From Sandaracinaceae bacterium (GTDB lineage Bacteria > Myxococcota_A > Polyangia > Polyangiales > Sandaracinaceae), in assembly GCA_044220955.1 (NCBI GenBank), contig JBGAQA010000049.1:1-48095 (forward strand): a stretch of DNA of 48,095 nucleotides, given 5' to 3'. A model generated the notes under the pieces. The model ran no database searches, was not told where the DNA came from, and worked only from the letters and a program-made list of their open reading frames with translations. A program made the translations under genes and the position numbers. Of this stretch, positions 9,289 through 18,411 are shown one piece after another (position 1 is the first letter of the stretch; the number at the start of each line of letters is the position of its first letter).

Positions 9289-10688
9289 GGGAACCCCACG
9301 TGCGTCCGGGGCGTGCCCACTCGGCCCAGGACGACGGCGTTGCGCCCGTGCACCAGCGGCGAGAGATCGACGAAGCGGATGACGGAGGTGCGGAAGTCCG
9401 CGACGATCGCCAGCTCTCGCTCGGCGTCGATCACCATCTCGAACGCGCCGTCGAAGCCCGGCACGATCGAGACGACCTGCGTGGGATCCGTCCCCAAGAC
9501 CCACAGCGCACGCCCGTCGAAGCAGGTCACGACGAGGAAGTCCCGCCCGCCCAGCGTGACGAGGTGCATCCGCGAGGGACCGAAGCCCACGTCGTCGACG
9601 TCCACGATGGGCGCGTTGCCGGGGATGAACGGCGTGCCGTTCTGGTCGATGGTGATCACGGACTCGGGGGCGCGCGAGAGCACGTAGGCGTAGCGCCCGT
9701 CGCCCGACGAGAACGCGACGTCGCGCGAGTCGAAGCCCGTCGCGATTCCGTCGAGGAACACGCTCGGAGCGGCGAACGCCTGCGAGCAATGCTCGTTCTG
9801 GGGGTCGATGAAGACGCCGATCCGCGCGAGCACGCGCGTGGCGCGCGTGCTGACCGGCGAGGAGGTGCTGACCCAGGCCAGGCTGCTCGAGCGCTCGAGC
9901 TCGGCGTGGATCGCGTCCGGCGGCAGGCCCGTGAGGACGTGCGTGCGCACCGGCTGGCGGGCGATCCCGGCGGCCGTGCTGTCGAGGTAGAGGGCGGCGC
10001 TACCGTTTCGCTGGACCATCAGGAGCACGTCGCGCGTCGCGTCCTGTGGAAGACCCGTGAGCGTGTCGAGCGACATCGCGACGAGCGCGCTCGGATCGCC
10101 CGTGAGCGTCACGTCTCGACCCGGGCAGCCGGTCTCGGCGACGGTCGTGCGCCGGGCGTCGGCACAGCGCAGCGAGCCGGGAGCCTGATCGCAGTGGATG
10201 AGGCCGTTCGCGTCGAGGTCGATCCAGGTCAGGTCGGAGGTGCCGCGGGTGGGCAGGTAGAAGCGATCGCCCTGAGGCGAGCGCACCAGCCCCGACGCGA
10301 ACGAGTCGATCCAGACCTCGCCGCCCGGCTGGCCGGCGCCGCCCGCCATCACGTCGGCAGGGACCGCGATCTGGCACTCGACGCTCGGGTCGTCCCAGGA
10401 TGCCGGGTTCGTGCATCCCTCCGCGCGGCCGACGTCCCGCACGGTCGCGAAGCGCGCCATGATCGCGTCCATGTCGAGCGACAGGATCGAGCCCTGGTTG
10501 TAGCGGGCGTCGTAGTTCGAGCTCACGACGAGCAGGAACTGCGAGGTGCCGCCCGGGCGCGGCGGTGAGAGGCCGAGCGCGATCGGGAAGTTCAGCGTCG
10601 CCGCGGCGGGCGGGATCCCCGGGTTCGGGATCTCGCAGGCCACGAGCGCGAGCGCGACGAAGAAGAAAGGTATCCCGCGACCCGACAT
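9285..10688 (-). CDS. lipoprotein, YncE/YVTN-like beta-propeller
   Basis: Lipobox ALALVAC; blades LLVVSSNYD, DVAFSSGDGRYAYVL, VGFGPSRM, AIVADFRTSVIRFVDL. Confidence 0.75.
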   Translation of the reverse strand: MSGRGIPFFFVALALVACEIPNPGIPPAAATLNFPIALGLSPPRPGGTSQFLLVVSSNYDARYNQGSILSLDMDAIMARFATVRDVGRAEGCTNPASWDDPSVECQIAVPADVMAGGAGQPGGEVWIDSFASGLVRSPQGDRFYLPTRGTSDLTWIDLDANGLIHCDQAPGSLRCADARRTTVAETGCPGRDVTLTGDPSALVAMSLDTLTGLPQDATRDVLLMVQRNGSAALYLDSTAAGIARQPVRTHVLTGLPPDAIHAELERSSSLAWVSTSSPVSTRATRVLARIGVFIDPQNEHCSQAFAAPSVFLDGIATGFDSRDVAFSSGDGRYAYVLSRAPESVITIDQNGTPFIPGNAPIVDVDDVGFGPSRMHLVTLGGRDFLVVTCFDGRALWVLGTDPTQVVSIVPGFDGAFEMVIDAERELAIVADFRTSVIRFVDLSPLVHGRNAVVLGRVGTPRTHVGFP

Positions 10689-10768
10689 GAAGGCGCGGGA
10701 ACCTACTCGGTCGATCGGGGTGGGGCAACGACCGAAACGCGACGAACGGGAGTAGAAGGAGTGGCCCG

Positions 10769-13700
10769 ATGCACCCCACCCGCCTGCGCGGCGCTCGCAC
10801 GCACAACCTGCGTGGGCTCGATCTCGACCTGGAGCCCGGGACGCTGATCGTGATCGCGGGGCCGAGCGGCGCGGGCAAGTCCTCGCTCGCGTTCTCGACC
10901 CTCTACGCCGAGGGGCAGCGTCGCTACGTGGAGAGCTTCAGCGCGTACGCGCGGCAGTTCCTCGAGCGGCTGGCCCGGCCGCCGGTGGACGAGCTCGAGC
11001 CCGTGGCCGCCGGCATCGCCGTGGATCGCCAGGCGCCGGTGCGCACGAGCCGCTCGACGGTGGGCACCATGACGGAGGTCGCCGACTACGCCAAGAGCCT
11101 CTGGGCCAAGGACGCCGTCCTGCACTGCCGGCAGTGCGGCGAGCCCGTGCGCCGCGAGACACCCGAGCTCGTCGCGGACGCGCTCGTCGCGGGCGAGGCG
11201 GGAGCGCGCGCGCTGGTGACGTACGAGGTCCCCGTCGAGGGCGTCGACGGCTTCCTCGGCGCGCGCGACGCACTGATCGGAGCCGGGTACCGGCGGGTGC
11301 GGGTCGGCGGCGAGGTGCTCGACCTCGACGCCGTGCGCCCGACGGATGTGCTCGGCGAGGAGCCCGCCCCGGCGGCCGGCCGCGCACGCAAGCGCGCTGC
11401 GGCGCCGCGCCACGGCGCCGTCGAGGTCGTCGCCGACCGGCTCGTGATCGGAGCGTCCGACCGCGGGCGGCTCGTGGAGGCGCTCGAGGCCGCGATGGCC
11501 CGCGGCGAGGGCCGCGCGAGCGTCGTGATCGGAGACAGGCCGCTGCGGTTCTCGCGCGGGCTCCACTGCGCTCGCTGCGACATCGCGTACCGCGACCCCA
11601 CGCCCGGGATGTTCTCGTTCAACGACGCGATCGGCGCGTGCGAGGTGTGCCGAGGGTTCGGGCGCGTCATCGGGGTGGACTGGGCGAAGGTGCTGCCCGA
11701 TCCGTGGCGGACGCTGGGCGGCGGCGCGATCGCGTGCTGGGGCGGCAAGTCGACGCAGTGGGAGCGGCGGGCGCTGGCGAAGTGGGCTCCGGCCGCGGGA
11801 ATCCGGCTCGACGTGCCGATCGGCGAGCTGACGCCCGCGCAGCTCGCGTGGCTCAAGGACGGCGACGGGCGCGGCTGGAGCAAGGGGTGGTTCGGCCTGC
11901 GCAAGTGGTTCGAGTGGCTGGAGACGAAGGCCTACAAGATGCACGTGCGCGTGCTCCTGTCGCGCTACCGCAGCTACGACCCCTGCGGCGCGTGCGGCGG
12001 CGCGCGACTCAAGCCCGAAGGGCTGGCCTACCGGATCGACGGCAAGAACATCGCCGAGCTCTTCAGGATGGCCGCCGAGGACGCGCGAGCGTTCGTGCGC
12101 GCGCGGCGAGACGCGCGGGAGGCGCGCGGAGAGCTCGACGCGGCGCTCGCCCTGCTCTTCTCCGAGATCGACGCGCGGCTCGGGACGCTCGTCGACGTCG
12201 GGCTCGGCTACCTGGCTCTCGACCGCGCGTCGCGCACGCTCAGCGGCGGCGAGTCGCAGCGCGTCGCGCTCACGAGCGCGCTCGGCGCGTCCCTGACGGG
12301 CGCCATGTTCGTCCTCGACGAGCCGACCGTCGGCCTGCACCCCGCCGACGTCGAGCGCCTCGTGAGGGTGATCCGCGGGCTCTCGCGGGACGACAACCTC
12401 GCGATCGTGGTCGAGCACGACGCGGACGTCATCGCCGCGGCCGACCGCGTGATCGAGCTCGGGCCCGGAGCCGGTGAGCACGGCGGTACGCTCGTGTTCG
12501 ACGGAACGCCCGCGGAGCTGAGGCGCGCGACGACCAAGACCGCCGAGGCGATCCGGCAGACCCGGCCCGCCACGCCGGGCAAGCGGAGGAAGCTGACGGG
12601 CTTCCTCGAGCTCACCGGAGCGACGGGCAACAACCTGCGCGGCGCGAGCGTGAGGGTCCCCTTCGGGGCGCTCACGTGCGTCACGGGCCCGTCCGGCAGC
12701 GGCAAGAGCTCGCTCGTCCTCGAGACGCTCGTGCCGGCGGTGGAGCGCGAGCTGCACGTCGCGGGCGCCGGAGCGCCGCTGCCTCACGCCTCGCTCGCGC
12801 ACGCCGCGCGGCTGTCCGGCGTCACGCGGGTCGATCAGGCGCCGCTCGGGCGGACCTCGCGCGGCAACGCCGCGACCTACCTCGGCGCTTGGGACGTGAT
12901 CCGGAAGCGCTTCGCGCGCGAAGGCCTGGCGAAGGAGCGGGGCTACTCGGACGCCTACTTCTCGTTCAACGTCGCCGGCGGTCGCTGCGAGACGTGCAAG
13001 GGCGACGGCAGCGAGACGGTCGAGATGCAGTTCCTCGCGGACGTGACCTTCGACTGTCCGGACTGCGCGGGTCGGCGCTTCGTCGGGCCGGTGCTCGACG
13101 TCGTGCACCGTGGTCGCACGGTCGCCGACGTGCTGGAGCTCACCGGCAGCGAGGCCAACGCGCTCTTCGAGGGCGACCAGGGCGTGACCAAGAAGCTCGC
13201 GCCCCTGATCGCCGTGGGGCTCGGCTACCTGCGCCTCGGGCAGGCGCTCAACACGCTCAGCGGCGGCGAGGCGCAGCGGCTGAAGCTCGCGCTCGCGCTC
13301 TCGGAGGCGCCCGCCGGCGGCCTGCTCGTGCTCGACGAGCCGACCGCGGGCCTTCACGCGGCGGACGTGACCCCGCTGCTCGACGTGCTCGAGGCGCTGG
13401 TCGCCCGAGGCGACACGGTCGTGGTCGTCGAGCACGACATGCGCGTCGCGGCGCGCGCCGACTGGGTGATCGATCTCGGGCCCGGCGCCGGAGCGCTCGG
13501 GGGCGAGGTCGTGGCACAGGGGACGCCGGAGGCGGTGGCCATCGCGAGCGGTTCCAGGACGGCGCCGTACCTGGCGCGCGCCCTCGGTCTCTCGCCCTCG
13601 CCCTCGCCCTCCCCCTCGCCCTCGCCCTCGCCCGCGCCCTCGCCCTCGCCCGCGCCCTCGCCCTCGCCCCTCGCTCACCCCAGCCGCGTGAGCCGCGTCG

Positions 13701-13984
13701 CCTGCGCGAGGTCGAGCCCGCTGCTCGCTCGGAGCCGCTCGAGCGTCTCGCCGCCCTGCACCGCGTGCCGCTCGATCAGGAACCGGCCCGCCGGGAGCAC
13801 GCCCTCGAAGAACGGAAGCGAGGGCGCGTACACGAAGCGACCCCCGACCACGAGACCACGCGTGATCCGCACGAACGCCTCGGCGTACCTGCGGGCCTCG
13901 GCCTCGCTCACGCGGTGCGCCCGGAGGAAGTGCAGCGCGAAGCCCAGGTGCGAGAGCACCGTGCGCCAGCGGGCGTTGCCGTAG
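10769..13984 (+). CDS. uvrA: UvrA-family excinuclease ABC ATPase (homology ends near 13590; tail reads through a repeat)
   Basis: [24 protein letters not shown], two LSGGE signatures, LDEPT, CxxC zinc fingers, IDLGPGAG. Confidence 0.9.
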   Translation: MHPTRLRGARTHNLRGLDLDLEPGTLIVIAGPSGAGKSSLAFSTLYAEGQRRYVESFSAYARQFLERLARPPVDELEPVAAGIAVDRQAPVRTSRSTVGTMTEVADYAKSLWAKDAVLHCRQCGEPVRRETPELVADALVAGEAGARALVTYEVPVEGVDGFLGARDALIGAGYRRVRVGGEVLDLDAVRPTDVLGEEPAPAAGRARKRAAAPRHGAVEVVADRLVIGASDRGRLVEALEAAMARGEGRASVVIGDRPLRFSRGLHCARCDIAYRDPTPGMFSFNDAIGACEVCRGFGRVIGVDWAKVLPDPWRTLGGGAIACWGGKSTQWERRALAKWAPAAGIRLDVPIGELTPAQLAWLKDGDGRGWSKGWFGLRKWFEWLETKAYKMHVRVLLSRYRSYDPCGACGGARLKPEGLAYRIDGKNIAELFRMAAEDARAFVRARRDAREARGELDAALALLFSEIDARLGTLVDVGLGYLALDRASRTLSGGESQRVALTSALGASLTGAMFVLDEPTVGLHPADVERLVRVIRGLSRDDNLAIVVEHDADVIAAADRVIELGPGAGEHGGTLVFDGTPAELRRATTKTAEAIRQTRPATPGKRRKLTGFLELTGATGNNLRGASVRVPFGALTCVTGPSGSGKSSLVLETLVPAVERELHVAGAGAPLPHASLAHAARLSGVTRVDQAPLGRTSRGNAATYLGAWDVIRKRFAREGLAKERGYSDAYFSFNVAGGRCETCKGDGSETVEMQFLADVTFDCPDCAGRRFVGPVLDVVHRGRTVADVLELTGSEANALFEGDQGVTKKLAPLIAVGLGYLRLGQALNTLSGGEAQRLKLALALSEAPAGGLLVLDEPTAGLHAADVTPLLDVLEALVARGDTVVVVEHDMRVAARADWVIDLGPGAGALGGEVVAQGTPEAVAIASGSRTAPYLARALGLSPSPSPSPSPSPSPAPSPSPAPSPSPLAHPSRVSRVACARSSPLLARSRSSVSPPCTACRSIRNRPAGSTPSKNGSEGAYTKRPPTTRPRVIRTNASAYLRASASLTRCARRKCSAKPRCESTVRQRALP
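13591..13674. repeat. (CTCGCC)n hexamer array, about 13 imperfect units
   Basis: Read directly; lies between the end of UvrA homology and a convergent gene stop. Confidence 0.9.
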
Positions 13985-14553
13985 TCGTAGGTCAGCCAGT
14001 CGGCGCGGGTGGCGTCCTCAGGCGCATCGCGATCGATCCCCGTCACCTCATGGCCGAGCCCTCGCAGGTGCCGGACCAGGAGCGCGCTCGGGCCACAGCC
14101 GACATCGAGCACGGGCGACGTCACGTCGGAGAGCCGCAGCCCGAGCACGAGCAGCTGGACGTCGGGCGCGTACTCGCTCGCCACCACCTCGCGCGGCGCG
14201 CCGCCGAGACTCTCGCGGAGGATCGAGGCGAGCCCGTCGAGCGCGTCGTCCAGAGCGTCCTGCGCATCGGCCAGATCCCCCTCCCCGACGTCGGCCGCCA
14301 CCCGCACGAGCGCCGCCTCGATCTCCTCCTCGGTATCGGGCGTGATCGCGACGAACTGGTTCTTCGAGCGTAGCCAGCGGACCAGATCCTCCCGGAGCGC
14401 GCGCGCCCCCGCCGCGTCCAGCTCCGCGCCCTCGAGCCGCGCGACCGTCTCGCGGTCGAGCACCACCGCGCCGGCGCCGATCGCCGCGAGGTCGAGCGAG
14501 GAATGGGCGGCCGCGGCCTCCCGTACGATGCGGACGACGTCGGCGGGCTGCAC
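13675..14553 (-). CDS. class I SAM-dependent methyltransferase
   Basis: VLDVGCGP motif [21 protein letters not shown] start 14553 estimated. Confidence 0.8.
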   Translation of the reverse strand: MQPADVVRIVREAAAAHSSLDLAAIGAGAVVLDRETVARLEGAELDAAGARALREDLVRWLRSKNQFVAITPDTEEEIEAALVRVAADVGEGDLADAQDALDDALDGLASILRESLGGAPREVVASEYAPDVQLLVLGLRLSDVTSPVLDVGCGPSALLVRHLRGLGHEVTGIDRDAPEDATRADWLTYDYGNARWRTVLSHLGFALHFLRAHRVSEAEARRYAEAFVRITRGLVVGGRFVYAPSLPFFEGVLPAGRFLIERHAVQGGETLERLRASSGLDLAQATRLTRLG

Positions 14554-14685
14554 CCCCGAGGCTTGGCGAGTCGGCGACCGCGGTTCAAGCCGCGCGTGAC
14601 CGCCGGTTCTCGCTCTCGACGCGACCGTGGTCTTTCCGCGACACTGCCCGTTCACGGCCCAGCCGCGAATCGCGTGATTCGTGGG

Positions 14686-14701
14686 TGGCGCGATGCCTGC
14701 A
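14686..14701 (+). promoter_or_regulatory. putative sigma54 promoter
   Basis: TGGCGCGATGCCTGCA = GG-N10-GC, 30 nt before ATG 14731 (SD GGAGGA at 14721); palindrome CGAATC-N4-GATTCG at 14666-14681. Confidence 0.5.
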
Positions 14702-14730
14702 CACACCGCGACCCAACCGCGGAGGACCCC

Positions 14731-15531
14731 ATGCGCGCTCGGCTTCGTTACGGGATCGGACTCTTGGCTCTGGCTGGCGCCCTCGTGGCGTGCGGCGAGC
14801 TGACCTCGCAGGAGGCCCAGGAGGCGCTCGACGAGGCCGCCCTCTCGAGCGCCGCGGTGTCGCTCACGGGCAGCAGTATCGACATCTCGACGCACTTCAC
14901 GATCGGCGCGGCGGCGACGGCCGCCGCCGGCGAGGTCCGGACCTTCGTGCAGACGCAGCTCCCCTGCGCGGAGGTGAGCCTGGTCGACAGCACGCTGACC
15001 ATCCACTACGGCGCGCTCCCGGGGAACTGCACGTACCAGGGCCAGACGTACTCGGGCACGCACACCATCCACGTGATGGCGACGAGCGCGAGCGAGGTCG
15101 TGGTCGCCCACACCTGGACCGACTTCCACAACCAGCGGGTCGGCGTGACGGGCAGCGCCATGGTGACGTGGAGCGCCGCCGACGTGTCGCGCCACGTGTC
15201 GTACGACATGACCTGGACGCGCCTCGAGGACTCGCACACGGGCACCGGCACGGGGGACCTCACCCAGCGGCCGCTCGAGACCGGCCTGCTCTCGGGGTTC
15301 ACCGAGACCGGCGAGCGCACTTGGACGACGGCGTCCGGCACCTGGCTGCTCGACGTCGCGATGGTCGAGATGCGCTGGATCGACCCCTGCCCTCAGGCAG
15401 GGACCTACACGCTGACGACGCCCTCGGGCAAGCGCATCACGCTCACGTTCGTCCGCACGGCGCCGAACGCCATCCGCGCCACCCTCGCGAGCGGCGCGCG
15501 GAGCTACGACATCAACGTCTTCACGCTCTGA
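14731..15531 (+). CDS. beta-rich lipoprotein, function unknown
   Basis: SD GGAGGA, lipobox GALVAC, Thr-rich beta strands, CPQAG motif. Confidence 0.8.
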   Translation: MRARLRYGIGLLALAGALVACGELTSQEAQEALDEAALSSAAVSLTGSSIDISTHFTIGAAATAAAGEVRTFVQTQLPCAEVSLVDSTLTIHYGALPGNCTYQGQTYSGTHTIHVMATSASEVVVAHTWTDFHNQRVGVTGSAMVTWSAADVSRHVSYDMTWTRLEDSHTGTGTGDLTQRPLETGLLSGFTETGERTWTTASGTWLLDVAMVEMRWIDPCPQAGTYTLTTPSGKRITLTFVRTAPNAIRATLASGARSYDINVFTL

Positions 15532-15544
15532 TACCCTGCGGCGC

Positions 15545-17242
15545 GTGACGCGCCTCGCGGGGATCCTGGCGGTGCTCCTCTCGCTCGCTCCGGCGGCGGC
15601 GGGCGCGCAGGTCGACGCGGAGCTCGACTACCGGGTCAGCCGACGGGCGACGGGCACGAGCGGCGCATACGCGGGCTGGGCCGACGAGCTGCTCGCGAGC
15701 GGCCACTACTCGGTCACCGCGCCGCCGGGGTCCGGCCCCGTGGCGGTGCACGGCGCCTACCAGTGGCGCTACACGTCGCCGGAGAGCCTCGACTCCGGCA
15801 GCGAGGACCGCCACGTCACGGTGGAGCGCGCGACGCGGCACTACGTCGATCGCACCGATCTCGACGAGTACGACGGCGCCGACGCCAGCACCCTCACGAC
15901 GTGGCTCTACGTCCCGCTCACGGTCGACTTCGGGGACATCGTCCACGTCCTCGACGAGGACTTCCTCGTCATGGAGACGCACGAGCCCATCGAGATCGCG
16001 GGCGCGCCCCGCGACGCGATCCACCTCAGCGCGCACGGCGACGGCACGCGCGACGACGCGTACGGCCAGTTCGACACCCGCTACGACGACCACTACTGGT
16101 TCGACGCGACCACCGGGATGTTTCTGCGAGAGCTGCGCACCGAGACGGACACCGGCACGACGGAGGGCACGGCGGCGACGCTCGGGTTCCGGGAGGAGGT
16201 CGTCGTCGTGGACGCGAGCTATGCGCGCCACGTCGGCCCGGTGCCCCCCGACCCGATGCTGCGGCGCTCGGTCCACGCCCTGACGCCCTCGCTCCTCGAG
16301 CGCTACCAGTGGCCGCTCGTCGCCCTGATCTTCGTGCTGACGTTCGTGTTCCTGCGCTGGGTCCTCGGGCGAGCTCCGCGCGGCGTCCCCGCCCTGCGAG
16401 GTCGCCCCATCCGGACGCGGCGCCTCGGCGGCGAGGACCCCATCCCCGCCTTTCCCGCCGACACGAGCATCTCGTTCGGCGCCTTCCTGCCCCACTTCGT
16501 TCGGATCGCGCGCGCGACGAGCAACGACGTCTGGCTCGCCGAGGTCGACGGCACGATCGTCGGGCTGGCCCTCGACGACGCCTCGACGGGCGTCGCGTCG
16601 ATCTTCGCCCGCGAGCCCGACGTCTGCGAGACGCTGCGCCGGGCCGTCGGCAAGCAGGACTTCTTCTCCGAGGTGCGCCACGGCAACCTCCCCTCCGTGA
16701 TCGAGGCGACCGCGACGACGGGCGACAAGCTGCCGGCCGCGGCCGCGTACAACGTCCTCGAGACGTACGACGTGCTGTCCCTCGAGAAGCCGGGCTCGCC
16801 GGCCTACGACACCGCCGTGATCACGCGCCTCGAGGCGGCCGAGGTGGCCGCGTCGGACCTGCTGACGCGCGTGCTCGGCGCCCCGAGCGAGGCGTACCTG
16901 AAGGCAGCGATGGCGGCGGGCGACCTCGCGTACGTCGCGCGCAGCTCGGGCTCGATCGTCGGCGTCGGGCTCGCGACGGTCGTCGGCACACAGGGGCGCA
17001 TGCACACGCTCGCCGTCGACCCCGCCCACCGGAACAAGGGCCTCGGGCGCGAGCTCGTGCGCGCCCGCGTCCGGGCCATGGCCGCGCTGGGCGCCGAGCG
17101 CATCGTCACCGAGATCTCGGCGCAGAACTCGGCCTCCCTCGAGATCGCCCGTGGCGAGGGCTTCGCGACCGTGGCGACCATGTACCTGGAGACGGCCCGC
17201 GACGCGGCGCCCGCGTCGGCGCGCTCCACGGTGCGCAAGTGA
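15545..17242 (+). CDS. exported domain + single TM + C-terminal GNAT acetyltransferase
   Basis: Signal peptide ending AGA-Q; TM WPLVALIFVLTFVFLRWVL; GNAT motif A LAVDPAHRNKGLG; NSASLEIARGEGF. Confidence 0.8.
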   Translation: MTRLAGILAVLLSLAPAAAGAQVDAELDYRVSRRATGTSGAYAGWADELLASGHYSVTAPPGSGPVAVHGAYQWRYTSPESLDSGSEDRHVTVERATRHYVDRTDLDEYDGADASTLTTWLYVPLTVDFGDIVHVLDEDFLVMETHEPIEIAGAPRDAIHLSAHGDGTRDDAYGQFDTRYDDHYWFDATTGMFLRELRTETDTGTTEGTAATLGFREEVVVVDASYARHVGPVPPDPMLRRSVHALTPSLLERYQWPLVALIFVLTFVFLRWVLGRAPRGVPALRGRPIRTRRLGGEDPIPAFPADTSISFGAFLPHFVRIARATSNDVWLAEVDGTIVGLALDDASTGVASIFAREPDVCETLRRAVGKQDFFSEVRHGNLPSVIEATATTGDKLPAAAAYNVLETYDVLSLEKPGSPAYDTAVITRLEAAEVAASDLLTRVLGAPSEAYLKAAMAAGDLAYVARSSGSIVGVGLATVVGTQGRMHTLAVDPAHRNKGLGRELVRARVRAMAALGAERIVTEISAQNSASLEIARGEGFATVATMYLETARDAAPASARSTVRK

Positions 17243-18411
17243 GCGTGGCTCGCCCGAGCTACGCCCCGCTCGCCGAGCGCTCGTTCGAGCTGGTGGGCCT
17301 GCCCGCCGAGACGGTGATGCGCCCCGAGGGCGCGCCGCGCTCGCCGATCGACGGGCTCGCGCTCGTGGCGCCGGAGGCGCTGTCGGCGGTGCCGGACGGC
17401 GCCCCGCGCTTCCGGGCCGTCGCCGACGGCAACCGGAGCGCGATCTTGCTCGAGCCGCGCGTCGAGCACGCGGGTCGGACCTGGCTCGTGTCGGTGAAGG
17501 GCGTGGGGGCGATGATGCCGCTCTTCGGGGACGAGGCGGGCCCACGCCGGATCCACGGCGAGAGCTGGATGGGCGAGGCGCCCTTCGGCGGCCAGGGCGA
17601 GGACGGCGCGCGCACGGCCGTCGAGGTCACCTCCCTCGCGCTGGCCGGAGAGCTCCGCGGCGCGGCGATCTGCCCGCTCACCTCGGTCGTCGCGATCCCC
17701 GAGCGCGCGATCGACCGCGCCTCGTTCTGGTACCGGCGGCACCGGGGAGCCGTGCTGAGCGAGCACCGCCTCGTCCCGAGCGACGTCCGCGTCTTCCACG
17801 GGAGCAGCCGCACGCTCGGCCGGGACCCGCGGGGGGTGCTCGAGGCGTTCGGCGTGCTCGACGTCGCCGAGCTCGACGCCTTCGTCGAGCGTTACCTCGC
17901 CTCGGGGATCGCGCTCCTGACGCTCGCGGCCCGCAGCGCCGCCGCGCGGGACGGCGAGACCGGGAGCGCGAGCGCTCGGGACACGTCGGGCGCGCGGGCG
18001 GCGGGGCCGCTCGGTGCGCGCCCCACCTCGACGGTCGTGGGCCTCGACTTCGACGATGCCTGGCTCGACAAGGACGCCGTCGTGGCGCCCGACGGAACGC
18101 TCTGCTTCGCGGACCTCGAGACGCTCGACTGGCGGCCCCTCACCGCGGCGCGCATGCGCCGGCAGCTCGGGCGCAACCACTACGAGCTCTTCGCGACCCT
18201 CGATCTGCTGCTCGACGTGCGCGACGGCTGGACCGGCGTCGAGACCGACCGGCACCTGCGACGCGAGTCGGTGATCGCGCGCACCGAGCTCGCGCTGGCG
18301 GGCGATCCCGTCGTGCGCGCGAGCGTGACCGAGAGCGGGCTCGATCTCGTGCTCAGCCCGGAGCATGGCCCCTCGGTCACGCTGCGGCTCGTGGACCGGA
18401 GCGGAAGATGA
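17239..18411 (+). CDS. hypothetical protein with SelO/protein-kinase-like motifs
   Basis: GTGA overlap with the GNAT gene; DGNRSAILL...LVSVKGVG; DAWLDKDAVVAPDGTLCFADLE. Confidence 0.65.
   Translation: MSVARPSYAPLAERSFELVGLPAETVMRPEGAPRSPIDGLALVAPEALSAVPDGAPRFRAVADGNRSAILLEPRVEHAGRTWLVSVKGVGAMMPLFGDEAGPRRIHGESWMGEAPFGGQGEDGARTAVEVTSLALAGELRGAAICPLTSVVAIPERAIDRASFWYRRHRGAVLSEHRLVPSDVRVFHGSSRTLGRDPRGVLEAFGVLDVAELDAFVERYLASGIALLTLAARSAAARDGETGSASARDTSGARAAGPLGARPTSTVVGLDFDDAWLDKDAVVAPDGTLCFADLETLDWRPLTAARMRRQLGRNHYELFATLDLLLDVRDGWTGVETDRHLRRESVIARTELALAGDPVVRASVTESGLDLVLSPEHGPSVTLRLVDRSGR

Noticed and set aside
3380..9687. Very long plus-strand ORFs (3380-6418, 6673-9687) and similar antisense ORFs elsewhere
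   Set aside because: Shadow frames of real minus-strand genes in high-GC DNA; Arg/Ala-rich with no motifs
10689..10768. LexA box upstream of uvrA
   Set aside because: No convincing SOS-box-like palindrome seen
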